Part shown: positions 30,601-39,952 of the stretch, in pieces
Layout of the letters: each line of letters begins with the position of its first letter
How positions within the stretch are numbered: the first letter of the stretch is position 1
Assembly: GCA_963703505.1 (NCBI GenBank)
Contig: CAVPEL010000010.1
Location: 206,214 to 270,213, forward strand
Direction of reading: 5' to 3'
From: an uncultured Actinomycetota bacterium
Lineage (GTDB): Bacteria > Actinomycetota > Actinomycetes > CAVPEL01
Length of the DNA stretch: 64,000 nucleotides
The notes under the pieces: model-generated
Told to the model about the DNA's origin: nothing
Databases searched by the model: none
The model's input: only the letters and a program-made list of their open reading frames with translations
Made by a program: the position numbers and the translations under genes

Positions 30601-30948
30601 TCAGGTGGCCTGCACCGTGTAGCGCACCGTCTGCACCCGGATCTGACCGCCCGAGAACACGAAGGTGTCGATGCCGTCGTCGACCTTGCCGCCCTGGCCG
30701 GTCGCCTTCCACTCCAGGTAGAGGACGTCGTCGCAGAAGACCGTGTGCAAGTCCCAGCTCGCCTGCGGGACGTCGCTCAGCAGCTGGGTGAAGACCTGCC
30801 GCGCCCCGTCCTTGCCTCGGAAGATCTCGCTCTGCACGATGAGGATCGCGTCATCGGCGTAGTCGGAGACGATCTCCTCCAGGTTTTCAGCGCCCAGCGA
30901 CGATCCGTGGTGGGCGAAGACCTCCTCGGCGCTGCGAGAACTGGTCAT
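30601..30948 (-). CDS. SnoaL-like / NTF2-fold protein
   Basis: 115 aa. The pattern ...DYADDAILIVQSEIFRGKDGARQVF...FSGGQIRVQTV is typical of SnoaL-like polyketide-cyclase-fold proteins. Confidence 0.65.
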   Translation of the reverse strand: MTSSRSAEEVFAHHGSSLGAENLEEIVSDYADDAILIVQSEIFRGKDGARQVFTQLLSDVPQASWDLHTVFCDDVLYLEWKATGQGGKVDDGIDTFVFSGGQIRVQTVRYTVQAT

Positions 30949-31084
30949 GCGGGTCCCCTCCCGGAGCTGGCGATGTACCGGACTCCTACCCAGCGACCCG
31001 GCCGGGGAACACCGCGGGTTGCCCGCCGCCGTCCTGGGGAGGACTACCCCGTGACGTCCGATGCTCGGGCGACGAGGAGTAGTC

Positions 31085-32111
31085 GTGAAGGCAGTTCGAC
31101 TTGCCCGCTATGACGAACGCCCGGTCGTCGCGGACGTTGCCGAGCCGTCGGTGAAGCGTCCGTTCGACGTGCTCGTCGAGATCGGCGGTGCGGGCCTGTG
31201 CCGCACCGACCTGCACATCATCGACGGCCAGTGGGCCAGCCGCAGTGGCGTCACGCTGCCGTACACGCTCGGGCACGAGAACGCCGGCTGGGTGCGGGAG
31301 GTCGGTACCGCCGTCGAGCACGTGCAGCCCGGTGACACCGTCATCCTGCACCCGCTGATCACCTGCGGGTTCTGTCGCGCGTGCCGGGCCGGCGACGACG
31401 TGCACTGCATCGCCAGCGCGTTCCCCGGCATCGACACCGACGGCGGGATGGCGCAGTACCTGCTCACATCGGCGCGCTCGGTGGTCAAGCTCGCCCCGGG
31501 CACCCAGCCGGCCGCCGTCGCCGCGCTCGCCGATGCCGGGCTCACCGCCTACCACGCCGTGAAGAAGGCTGTCCCCCTGCTGTTTCCTGGTGCCACCTGC
31601 GTCGTGGTGGGTGCCGGTGGCCTCGGTCACATCGGCGTCCAGTGCCTGCGGGCGCTGAGCCCGGTGCGGATCGTCGTGCTCGACCCCAACGCCGAAGCCC
31701 TAGCTCTGGCCCCGGGTTGGGGCGCCGACGAGACCGTGCTGGCCGACGGTTCGCACGTGGAGCGAGCTGCTCGAGCTCACTGACGGCAACGGCGCGGAGG
31801 TGGTGCTCGACTTCGTGGCGGAGCGAGGCGCGGAGCGTGACAGCTGGGCCATGACCCGACGGGCCGGCAGCCATTTCGTCATCGGCTACGGCGGCACGAT
31901 CGAGGTCACGGCGATCGACGTGATCTCGACCGAGCGCAACGTGGTGGGCAACCTCGTCGGCACCTACAACGACCTCGTCGAGCTGATGGCGCTGACTGCG
32001 AGCGGCAAGGTCACGCTGCACACCCGCAGCTACCCGCTCGACGCGGCGGGCGACGCCATCGCCGACCTTGAGGCCGGGAGGCTGCGGGGCCGCGGCATTC
32101 TCGTGCCGTAG
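31085..32111 (+). pseudogene. Zinc-dependent alcohol dehydrogenase family oxidoreductase, one frameshift near 31757
   Basis: GAGLCRTDLHIIDG, GHENAG and CGFCRACRAGDD (structural zinc site) plus VVGAGGLGH are in one frame. ELLELTDGNGAEVVLDFV...GKV... is in the next frame. The junction is gtggag[c]gagctg. Confidence 0.85.
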
Positions 32112-32156
32112 GCGGCCTACCGTCGCGTATCGGCACGGGACCGGCTCGGTGAGCCT

Positions 32157-32185
32157 TGTATTCATTTGAGCATTCAACTAATATG
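32157..32185 (+). promoter_or_regulatory. Candidate sigma-A-type promoter (TTGTAT-17 nt-TAATAT) in an AT-rich island
   Basis: Read directly from cTTGTATtcatttgagcattcaacTAATATg. It lies about 170 nt upstream of the DUF3105 ATG, implying a long leader. Confidence 0.35.
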
Positions 32186-32353
32186 CCCACGTCGGCGTGA
32201 TAGGACGATCACCGGTAGATTGACCGTCTTCGGCGCGAACCGGGCGGCATCCAGCCTCTCGGCGTCACACGTCAGCGGGCCATTTCGTGCATTCGGGAAT
32301 GACCCACCACCCATGCCGATACCTATGCCGACGCCTACGCCGACAGGGGCACC

Positions 32354-32986
32354 ATGGCCAAGAAGAACCTGCCCGAGCAGGAACGAACCAGCCGCGCACA
32401 GCTCGCCGCGAAGCGCAAGGACGCCGAGCGCGCCGAGCAGCGGCGGTCTCGGCTGCGCTGGGGAAGCATGATCGCCGCTGTAGTGGTGATCATCGGTGGC
32501 ATGGTCGCGGTCGGTATCGCCACCAAAGACACGTCTACGCCCACGATCCAAGGTCTCAAGACGTTCGACGACGTCGCGGCAGGCCAACACACCACCGAGC
32601 CTGTCGTCTACGAGCAGACGCCGCCGGTCGGCGGTCCGCACGACGCGACCTGGCTGAACTGCGGGATCTACAGCGAGCCGGTCCCGGACCGCAACGCCGT
32701 GCACTCGTTGGAGCACGGCGCCGTGTGGATCACCTACAGCCCCGACCTGGCCGCAGACCAGGTCAAGGCGCTGAAGAAGCTCGTGGGGTCGAAGACCTAC
32801 ATGGTGCTCTCGCCCTACGCCGACCTGCCGTCCCCGATCGTCGCCTCGGCGTGGGGTTTCCAGGTCAGCGTCGATTCGGCTGACGATTCCCGCTTGACGG
32901 AGTTCATCAAGCAATACCGCCAAGGCCCGCAGACGCCTGAGCCCGGCGCCGTATGCACGGGCGGCCTGGGCACGCCGACCGGCTGA
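32354..32986 (+). CDS. DUF3105 domain-containing protein
   Basis: N-terminal transmembrane anchor followed by ...PPVGGPHDATWLNCGIYSEPVPDRNAVHSLEHGAVWITY... Confidence 0.8.
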   Translation: MAKKNLPEQERTSRAQLAAKRKDAERAEQRRSRLRWGSMIAAVVVIIGGMVAVGIATKDTSTPTIQGLKTFDDVAAGQHTTEPVVYEQTPPVGGPHDATWLNCGIYSEPVPDRNAVHSLEHGAVWITYSPDLAADQVKALKKLVGSKTYMVLSPYADLPSPIVASAWGFQVSVDSADDSRLTEFIKQYRQGPQTPEPGAVCTGGLGTPTG

Positions 32987-32997
32987 GGAGGCCCGAC

Positions 32998-33726
32998 GTG
33001 GCGACCTTCGACGAGCACGCCGCGGCCGTTGCGGCGGCCGCGGCGCAGCGCTCAGGCGACCGCTCCCGGATGCTGCGGCTTGGGCTCATCGCGCTCATCG
33101 CAGTACTAGCCCTGCTGGCCGCCGGCCTAGTCGGCCGGGTGACCGGCGGTCCGTCGTACCCGTCAGACTCCAGCGCCGACGCCGGCTTCTCCCGGGACAT
33201 GCAGGTGCACCACGCACAGGCGGTCGAGATGGCCATGATCGTGCGCGATCGGACCGGCAACGAGGACATGCGGCGGCTCGCCTACGACATCGCGCTCACC
33301 CAGCAGGAGCAGATCGGCGAGATGCACGGCTGGCTCATCCTCTGGGGCCTGACTCAGACCTCGGACGACCCTGCCATGGCCTGGATGAGCACGAGCGGGA
33401 CGAGCGAGCATCAGCACGGGCAGTCGACGCCCAGCGCCATGGCCGGCATGGACTCCGCGGGCACCGGCTCGGACGCCATGCCGGGCATGGCATCCGCCGC
33501 GGACATGAAGCGGCTGGCCGCACTCTCGGGCACCGAAGCCGAGGTGCTCTTCCTCCAACTGATGATCGCCCACCACCGCGCTGGCGTGGACATGGCGGAG
33601 GCGGGCGCCACGCTCGCGGGGACCCCGCAGGTGCGCGACCTGGCTGCCGGCATGGCGAAGATCCAACAGGCCGAGATCGACCTCATGAACGACTTGCTCC
33701 GCGACCGAGGCGCGCCCGAGGCCTGA
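32998..33726 (+). CDS. DUF305 domain-containing protein (Met/His-rich)
   Basis: GTG start preceded by GAGGAG. Contains DAGFSRDMQVHHAQAVEMA...FLQLMIAHHRAGVDMA, with an internal Met-rich loop (MAGMDSAGTGSDAMPGMASAADM). Confidence 0.8.
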   Translation: MATFDEHAAAVAAAAAQRSGDRSRMLRLGLIALIAVLALLAAGLVGRVTGGPSYPSDSSADAGFSRDMQVHHAQAVEMAMIVRDRTGNEDMRRLAYDIALTQQEQIGEMHGWLILWGLTQTSDDPAMAWMSTSGTSEHQHGQSTPSAMAGMDSAGTGSDAMPGMASAADMKRLAALSGTEAEVLFLQLMIAHHRAGVDMAEAGATLAGTPQVRDLAAGMAKIQQAEIDLMNDLLRDRGAPEA

Positions 33727-33762
33727 GCGTCCGTTGTAACCACCGCGTGGCCGCCCTACCGC

Positions 33763-33825
33763 CAGGCGTTGGGCCGTTAGGCACGCTGCGAGCGGCATCC
33801 AACGGGCGTGCCGGCCCAACGCCTG
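33763..33825. terminator. Extended stem-loop between the DUF305 gene and rnpB 3' ends
   Basis: The outer 14-bp arms caggcgttgggccg/cggcccaacgcctg enclose an inner 6-bp stem gcacgc/gcgtgc. No U-tract follows on either strand. Confidence 0.4.
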
Positions 33826-33876
33826 ATCACCGGTGGCGCGGGGCGATTCGGAACGGCGCTGATGCGGTGATCGATG

Positions 33877-34299
33877 GGGCGGACGAGTCGGCCTGTAGGC
33901 CGGGTTCTGTCGCCCGCGCCTGCGGCGAACGGGCGACCATCCATCTACGACTGCCGTTGCCGACAGCCTCTAGCGGTCTACCCGCAGGCTCGGGCGGGCC
34001 GCCCTCGAACGCCTGCGCAGGCGCCGGCCGAAGCCCGGCACCCTCTTGACCTTGCTCCAGGTGGGGTTTACCTAGCCGCCCGAGTCACCCCGGACGCTGG
34101 TGGTCTCTTACACCACCGTTTCACCCTTACCGCGCGTGCCGGCCGAAGCCGGCCGCGCGGCGGTCTTCTCTCTGTGGCACTGTCCCGCGGGTCACCCCGG
34201 GTGGGCGTTACCCACCACCTTGCCCTGTGGAGCCCGGACCTTCCTCGGCGACGCACCCGAAGGACGCGCAACGCGGTCGCCCGGCCGACTCGTCCGCCG
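33877..34299 (-). ncRNA. rnpB: RNase P RNA, bacterial type A
   Basis: The minus strand reads ggcggacgagtcggcc...GAGGAAGGTCCGGGCTCCACAGGGCA...GGTAAGGGTGAAACGGTGGTGTAAGAGACCACC...ACAGAACCCGGCCTACAGgccgactcgtccgcc. The P1 helix closes the two ends. Plus- and minus-strand ORFs across this region are spurious. Confidence 0.9.
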
Positions 34300-34320
34300 T
34301 ACCGGTCAGCCGTAGCGGCC

Positions 34321-35782
34321 TCAGGCGCGGCTCGAACAGCGGACGAGCGCGCGTCACCGGATCCGCCTCGACCAGCCGGACGTCGATCCGCTCGCCGAGC
34401 GGCAGCCGCCGCCCGTCACACCGCGCGCGGACCGCCGGGTCGGCGAGCTGCACCGTGCCCGACCGTGCTGGTCGACGTCCGACCACGACGGCCGCGAACG
34501 TCTCGCCCGACCTGCGACGCCAGCACCACCGCCTCGACCAGCGTCGACGCATCGCGCGCTCCAGCGCGTGCGCCCGGCGGTCGGCGGTCGCCATCACCGC
34601 CGGCAGCAGCGGCAGCGCCGTCCGCACCCAGGCCGGGACCTCGCGGCCCGCGCACGATCGCGAGGCAGACCTCGCCGACGTACCGGTCGACGAGCCGGCG
34701 CAGCGGCGCGGTCGCGTGCGCGTACGGGGCGGCGACCGCACTGTGCATCGGCCTGCGCGGGCGCGCGCGCCGTCGAAGGCGGTGTAGCCGGCGCCGCGCA
34801 GCAGCGACGTCGCCGTGTTCGAGCAGCGCCGCGTGCGCCGGCAGGCCGGGTCGACAGCGCGCGCACAGAAGTCCTGGTAGCGACATCGGCGCCGGCCACG
34901 GCGACGTCGAGGGCGGCCGCGCTGCGCCGCAGCGATCGCGACCGCCCCTTCGTCCGGCGGCGGCAGCGTGCGCAGGACGCCGATCCCGGCGCTGCGAGCA
35001 TGATCCCGGCGGCGGCCATGCCGGTGAGCAGGGAGATCTGCGCGTTCCAGTCCTCGACGGGCAGCGGCGCGCGGAACGTTCAGCCGGTAGCCGCCGCCGG
35101 CTGCGGCGTCCACCTCCTGCTCGGGGACCGGCAGGCTGATGCGCGCCGCGGTCGCCGCTCGCAGCTGCCTGCGCGCAGCAGGCCGACCTCGCGCAGCAGC
35201 GCGCAGGGGCTCGGGTGCGCGTGCCGCTCGCGTCGAGCGGCGCTGCACCTCGGCGTAGTCGAGCCTGGCCCGGCTCGGACGACGGTCGCGCCGGACGTCG
35301 ACCGCGGACCTGCGCTCGCCGTCCGCGTCGAGGTCGATCGTCCACAGCACCGCGGGCCGGTCTCGATCCGGCAGCAGGCTCGCCGCGCCCTCGCCGAGGA
35401 CCGGCGGGTGCAGCGGCGTCCGCTGGTCGGGGCTGTAGAGGGTCACGCCGCGCACGTGCGCCTCGGCGTCGACGCGCCGACCCGGCGAGACGAACGCGGC
35501 GACGTCCGCGATCGCGTAGTACACCCGGTAGCCCGGCCCGAGGCGCTCGACGTGCATCGCCTGGTCGAGGTCCATCGAGCCCGGCGGGTCGATGGTGACC
35601 AGCGGGAGGTCGGTGGCGTCCGTGGCGTCAGGGCGGGGCGACGCGGCGGCCGCGGCAGCCGCCTCGGCCAGGACCTCCGGTGGGAACGACGCGGGCACCT
35701 CCAGCTCGCGGCGCACGTCGGCGAACATCGCGCGCAGCGATGCGCCGTCCGCTGCGGCGAGGTGGACCGGTCGTAAGGGCAC
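34321..35782 (-). pseudogene. RNB-domain (RNase II/R-like) exoribonuclease, at least 10 frame changes
   Basis: Recognisable blocks alternate between all three minus-strand frames. Examples: LVTIDPPGSMDLDQAMHVE, GVTLYSPDQRTPLHPP, ISLPVPEQEV, MHSAVAAPYAHATAPLRRLVDRYVGEVCLA, REVPAWVRTALPLLPAVMATADRRAHALERA and IDVRLVEADPVTR. The exact ends are approximate. Confidence 0.75.
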
Positions 35783-36065
35783 CAGGACACCGTAAGGTCT
35801 CGGGACGTGTGGTGGCTCGCAACTCTCGGCGCGGCGCTGTGCGTGGCCACCGGCCGGCTTCCCTGCACGAGGACGCGGGAGCACGCCACGGCTGTTCGCC
35901 TGGGTGCTGATGCTGCTGTGGGGTCGCTCGCCACGTTGCTGTGCGGGACCGGTGCCGGGCGCAGGGGGTGCAGGTCGGTGCGGGACACTTCGCCAGGGTC
36001 GGCGTGGTTGGGGTGCCGCTGCTCCTGCTCGTCACCGTCGCCGCACTCTTGACCACGAGGTGAGA

Positions 36066-36818
36066 ATGCTCGTCCTGCTCCCGCCGTCCGAAGGCAAGGC
36101 AGCCGCAGGTTCGGGTCCAGCGCTCGACCTCGCCGCCTTGTCGTACCCCGAGCTGAGCGACGCCCGCGACCAGGTGCTCGACGCGCTCGTCGAGCTGTGT
36201 GGGGACGGCGATCGCGCCGCGGCCGTCCTCGGCCTCGGACCGACCCAGGCGGGCGAGGTGGCGACCAACCTCCTGGTCCGCCAGGCGCCGACGCTGCCGG
36301 CCGGTGAGCTGTTCACCGGCGTCCTGTACGACCACCTCGACCTCGCGTCGCTCAGCGCGGCGGCGCGCCGCCGCGCGGGCGAGACCTTCGTCGTCCTCTC
36401 CGGGCTGTTCGGCGCGCTGCGCCTCGGCGACCCGCTGCCTCCGCACCGGCTCGCCATGGGCGTTCGGCTCCCCGGGCTGGGCGGCCTGGCCGCCTACTGG
36501 CGACGGTCGCTGACCGCTGTCCTGACCGAGGCCGCCGGCGACGGGCTGGTCGTGGACCTGCGGTCGACGCCGTACGTGAACGCATGGAAGCCCCCGGTCG
36601 CCGCGACCGTGACCGTCCGCGTCGTCACCTCAGCGGGCACGACGGTGAGCCACTTCAACAAGGCCGGCAAGGGCCTGTTCGCCCGCGCGCTCGCATCGAG
36701 CCGCCGCACGCCACGCAAGCCACGCGACCTCCTGGACATCGCCGAGTCCGCCGGCCTGAAAGCACGGCTGTCGGCCGGCGCCCCGTGGGTGCTCGACCTC
36801 ACCGTCGCCGGGACGTAG
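36066..36818 (+). CDS. yaaA: YaaA-family (UPF0246/DUF328) peroxide-stress protein
   Basis: MLVLLPPSEGK...GVLYDHLD...VVLSGLFGALRLGDPLPPHRL...VSHFNKAGKG. An RBS (GAGGTG) precedes the ATG at 36066. Confidence 0.85.
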   Translation: MLVLLPPSEGKAAAGSGPALDLAALSYPELSDARDQVLDALVELCGDGDRAAAVLGLGPTQAGEVATNLLVRQAPTLPAGELFTGVLYDHLDLASLSAAARRRAGETFVVLSGLFGALRLGDPLPPHRLAMGVRLPGLGGLAAYWRRSLTAVLTEAAGDGLVVDLRSTPYVNAWKPPVAATVTVRVVTSAGTTVSHFNKAGKGLFARALASSRRTPRKPRDLLDIAESAGLKARLSAGAPWVLDLTVAGT

Positions 36819-36841
36819 CACCCCTCAGGCGAGGGGTTGCG

Positions 36842-38044
36842 TCAGCCCAGGTGGTGGGTGTCGTTGAGCGCACCCAGCACAGCCGACCCGTCCTCGTACC
36901 AGCCGATCCAGCTGAGGCTTGCCGGTTCGAGTCGGATCCGGGCGACCGATGTCGCCGGGGCGTTCAGCGCGGCGCGCACCAGCGCCCTGATCGGCATCAG
37001 CTCGGTGACGACGAGGACGGTGCGCCGAGGAGAGCGCACCATGATCCGGTCCCGGGCCCGCGCGACGCGGACAGCCGTCGCGTCCAGCGACTCCCCGCCC
37101 GGCGGCGCCACTGCGGGGCTGGCCAGCCAGGCTTGCAGCTCGCCGGGCCACCGCGCGGCCACCTCGTCGTACGTCAGACCGGCCCACGCCCCGAAGTCGG
37201 TCTCCCGCAGGTCCTCCTCGACGCGGACCGGCAGGTCGAGGGCGCGCGCGACCGCCTCCGCGGTCGCGGTGCACGCCGGCGACGGTCCCGACACGATGAC
37301 GTCGACGCGGCGCCCGGCGAGCCGGCCGGCCAGTCGGCTGGCCACCGCCGCGACCTGCTGGTCACCGACCTCGTCCAACCCTGCGGCACCGCCGCCGAGA
37401 CGCCTCTCCCGGCTCAGCCTGGTCTGCCCGGCGCGGAGCAGAAGCATCGTCGTCGGAGGGGCGGGCGCGTCCATCCACTCCGGGAATCGAACCGGGACCG
37501 CCTCTGCGGCCTCGGGCGCTCCGTCCGGCGCGACCAGGTCCGCGGCTGGCCGCTGCCCCAGGGTGCCGCCCGCCGACTCGACCGCCGCAGCCGTCAGCTC
37601 CTTGCGCACCCATGGCCGTCCCGCCGCCGCCGCGTCCATCGCCTCGTTGGCTAGCCGGTCGGCGTGGGAGTTCTGTGCCCGCGGGATCCAGCTGAAGGTG
37701 ACGCGCGGGAACCCCGCCGCGAGGGCGGCGGCCTCCCGCGCCAGCGGTCGCAGCCCCGGATGCTTGACCTGCCAGCGGCCGGACATCTGCTCGACGACGA
37801 GCTTGGAGTCCAGCCGGGCCTCCACGACCGCCTCGGGGTCGATCTCGGCGGCCGCCCGGAGCGCGGCGATGAGGCCGGAGTACTCGGCGAAGTTGTTGGT
37901 CGCCACCCCGACCGCCTCGGCTACCTCGGCGAGCAGCTCCCCGGTGTCAGCGTCGCGGACCAGCCCGCCATAACCCGCGGGCCCGGGGTTGCCCCGCGAA
38001 CCGCCGTCCGCCTCGATGACGAGGCGCCGCACAGTGCCAGTCAC
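36842..38044 (-). CDS. RNase HI fused to a degenerate histidine-phosphatase (CobC-like) domain
   Basis: The RNase H residues are intact (IEADGG, NNFAEY, LDSKLV, HADRLAN). The C-terminal domain aligns to the Rv2228c-type phosphatase as I recall it, but reads RAG instead of RHG and TEL instead of SHV. The GTG start overlaps the upstream stop (GTGA). Confidence 0.85.
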   Translation of the reverse strand: MTGTVRRLVIEADGGSRGNPGPAGYGGLVRDADTGELLAEVAEAVGVATNNFAEYSGLIAALRAAAEIDPEAVVEARLDSKLVVEQMSGRWQVKHPGLRPLAREAAALAAGFPRVTFSWIPRAQNSHADRLANEAMDAAAAGRPWVRKELTAAAVESAGGTLGQRPAADLVAPDGAPEAAEAVPVRFPEWMDAPAPPTTMLLLRAGQTRLSRERRLGGGAAGLDEVGDQQVAAVASRLAGRLAGRRVDVIVSGPSPACTATAEAVARALDLPVRVEEDLRETDFGAWAGLTYDEVAARWPGELQAWLASPAVAPPGGESLDATAVRVARARDRIMVRSPRRTVLVVTELMPIRALVRAALNAPATSVARIRLEPASLSWIGWYEDGSAVLGALNDTHHLG

Positions 38045-38784
38045 AGCCCCGACTCGGGCGTCCGCACCAGGATCCGCCGGCATTCCTCGCATCGCACGAC
38101 CTCGTCGGCGGGCGCCTCACGGAGCCGGCCGAGGTCTCCGGCGGTCAGCGTCAGGTGGCAACCCTCGCAACGAGAGCGGTAGAGCGCGGCTGCCCCGATG
38201 CCGTCGGAGGATGCGCGGATCTTCTCGTACAGGGCCAGCAGGTCCGCTTCGATCTGGCCGGCGGCGGCGGCGCGGGCCGGGTGGGTGAGCGCCACCTCCG
38301 TGTCGATCTCGGTGAAGGCCGCATCCCGGCGCGCGATGACCTCCGACAGCTCCGTCTCGAGCTGGACACGCTCGGCGTTCAGCGCATTCAGCTGAGTCTG
38401 TGCGGCGTCGCGGCGCTCCATGACCTCCAGGACGACGTCCTCCAGTGCGCTCTGCCGCCGGGCCAGCGAGGCGATCTCGTGCTGCAGGTTCTCCAGCTCC
38501 TTGGCCGCGGAGACCAGGCCACCGTCGAGCCTTTGCTGGTCACGCTCGGACCGGATGCGCACCTGCTCGACGTCGCTCTCCGCCTTGGTCTGTTCCTTGG
38601 CGATGTCGCTCTCGTCGGTCTGCGCTCTGATGACCGCGTCCCGGAGCTCGGTCAGACGCTCGGTCAACCGCTCGATCTCGGCGAGCTCGGGCAACGTGCG
38701 CCGGCGGTGAGCGAGGCGCTCCAGGGAGCTGTCGAGCGCCTGGAGATCGAGCAGGCGCAGCTGCGCAGCGGGGTCGGCGTTCAG
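38041..38784 (-). CDS. C4-type zinc-ribbon / coiled-coil protein (DUF164, Rv2229c-like)
   Basis: Long coiled coil followed by CEGCHLTLTAGD...VVRCEECRRILV. The homologous N-terminus (LNADPAAQLRLLDLQALDSSLERLAHRRRTLPEL) is in frame upstream of the track's TTG start. Only a CTG (38784), placed after GAGGAG, is available there as a start codon. Confidence 0.7.
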   Translation of the reverse strand: MNADPAAQLRLLDLQALDSSLERLAHRRRTLPELAEIERLTERLTELRDAVIRAQTDESDIAKEQTKAESDVEQVRIRSERDQQRLDGGLVSAAKELENLQHEIASLARRQSALEDVVLEVMERRDAAQTQLNALNAERVQLETELSEVIARRDAAFTEIDTEVALTHPARAAAAGQIEADLLALYEKIRASSDGIGAAALYRSRCEGCHLTLTAGDLGRLREAPADEVVRCEECRRILVRTPESGL

Positions 38785-38818
38785 GGGTTCTCCTCGGTCG
38801 AACGGGCGGTGGGACGGC

Positions 38819-39952
38819 CTAGCGGTGGCTCACAGCGACCCACGGGTCGGTGACGAGGCTGGAGACCGTCGTGTCCACCGTAGTGCCGTCGGCCTCGAGG
38901 CGGGCACGAAGTCGCCCCGCGGCGTCGGCGAGCCAGGGCCACTCAGTGGCCCAGTGCCCGGCATCGATGAGCGCTGGACCGCCGTCGGCCAGGTGCTCAC
39001 CCGCCCGGTGGTGGCGCAGATCCGCCGTGAGGTAGACGTCGACACCAGCCCGCGTCGCTGCGTCGAGGTAGCTGTCACCGGCACCACCGCAGACGGCGAC
39101 GGTAGTGACGCGGCGGTCGAGGTCGCCGCCGACGCGCAGCCCGCCGGGGGCGACCGGCAGTGCTGCGGCGGCGTGGTCGGCGAAGGCGCGTAGCGACATG
39201 GGCCGCGGCAGCACGCCGATCCTCCCCGAGCCCCGCTCCCCCGGCCACGAGGCCAGCTCGAACACGTCGAACGCCGGCTCCTCGTAGGGGTGCGCGGATC
39301 GCAGCGCTGCCACGACCGCGGCGCGCCGACCACGCGGGAGCACCATCTCCACGCGGGTCTCCGGCACCGAGGTGACCTGCCCGATCGCACCGATGGTGGG
39401 CGTGGCACCCGCACCCGGCGTGAACGTGCCGACGCCGGCAGCGGTCCACGCGCAGCGGGTGTAGTCGCCGATCCCACCCGCGCCCGCGCCGGCCAGCGCA
39501 TCCACCACCACGTCGGCGGCCTCGGTCGGCACGAACGTGACGATCTTGTCGAGCGGGTCGGCGGGGCTCGGGTCCAGCGGACGGGTGTCCACCAGCCCGA
39601 GTGCGGCGGCCAGCGCGTCGGACACGCCAGGGCGGGCGTTGTCGGCGTTGGTGTGGGCGACCTGCAACGCGATGCCGGCCCGGATCAGCTGGTGCACCAG
39701 CCGTCCCTTGGCGGTGGTGGCGGCGACGCTGGAGACTCCGCGCAGGAACAGCGGATGGTGGGTGACGAGCAGCTGGGCGCCGAGGCGTTCGGCTTCGTCC
39801 GCGACTGCCTGGACCGGGTCGACCGCGAAATGCACCCGCTCCACCGGCGCATCGGGGTCGCCGCAGACCAGGCCAACCGCATCCCAGCCTTCCGCCCACG
39901 ACGGCGGGTAGAGCTCGTCCAGGGCGGCCAGCACGGCGGCGAGAGAGGGCAC
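38819..39952 (-). CDS. Nif3-like dinuclear metal center protein (YbgI/YqfO family)
   Basis: VPSLAAVLAALDELYPPSWAEGWDAVGLVCGDP...LLVTHHPLF...AHTNAD...AGHWATEWPW. The GTG start at 39952 was chosen because the longer ORF runs through the tRNA-Val gene. Confidence 0.85.
   Translation of the reverse strand: MPSLAAVLAALDELYPPSWAEGWDAVGLVCGDPDAPVERVHFAVDPVQAVADEAERLGAQLLVTHHPLFLRGVSSVAATTAKGRLVHQLIRAGIALQVAHTNADNARPGVSDALAAALGLVDTRPLDPSPADPLDKIVTFVPTEAADVVVDALAGAGAGGIGDYTRCAWTAAGVGTFTPGAGATPTIGAIGQVTSVPETRVEMVLPRGRRAAVVAALRSAHPYEEPAFDVFELASWPGERGSGRIGVLPRPMSLRAFADHAAAALPVAPGGLRVGGDLDRRVTTVAVCGGAGDSYLDAATRAGVDVYLTADLRHHRAGEHLADGGPALIDAGHWATEWPWLADAAGRLRARLEADGTTVDTTVSSLVTDPWVAVSHR

Noticed and set aside
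33874-35139. Plus-strand 421-aa ORF and the 558-aa minus-strand ORF (34208-35884) extending over 33.9-34.3 kb
   Set aside because: This interval is RNase P RNA. The protein ORFs across it are read-through artefacts. The minus-strand one exists only because frameshifts hide the RNB gene's stop.
35807-36063. Possible small membrane-protein gene just upstream of yaaA (hydrophobic stretches WWLATLGAALCVATG and VGVVGVPLLLLVTVAALL, with a stop 2 nt before the yaaA ATG)
   Set aside because: The hydrophobic segments lie in different frames. The only uninterrupted candidate is about 40 codons from a GTG at 35941. With local indel noise, I cannot define a credible ORF from sequence alone.
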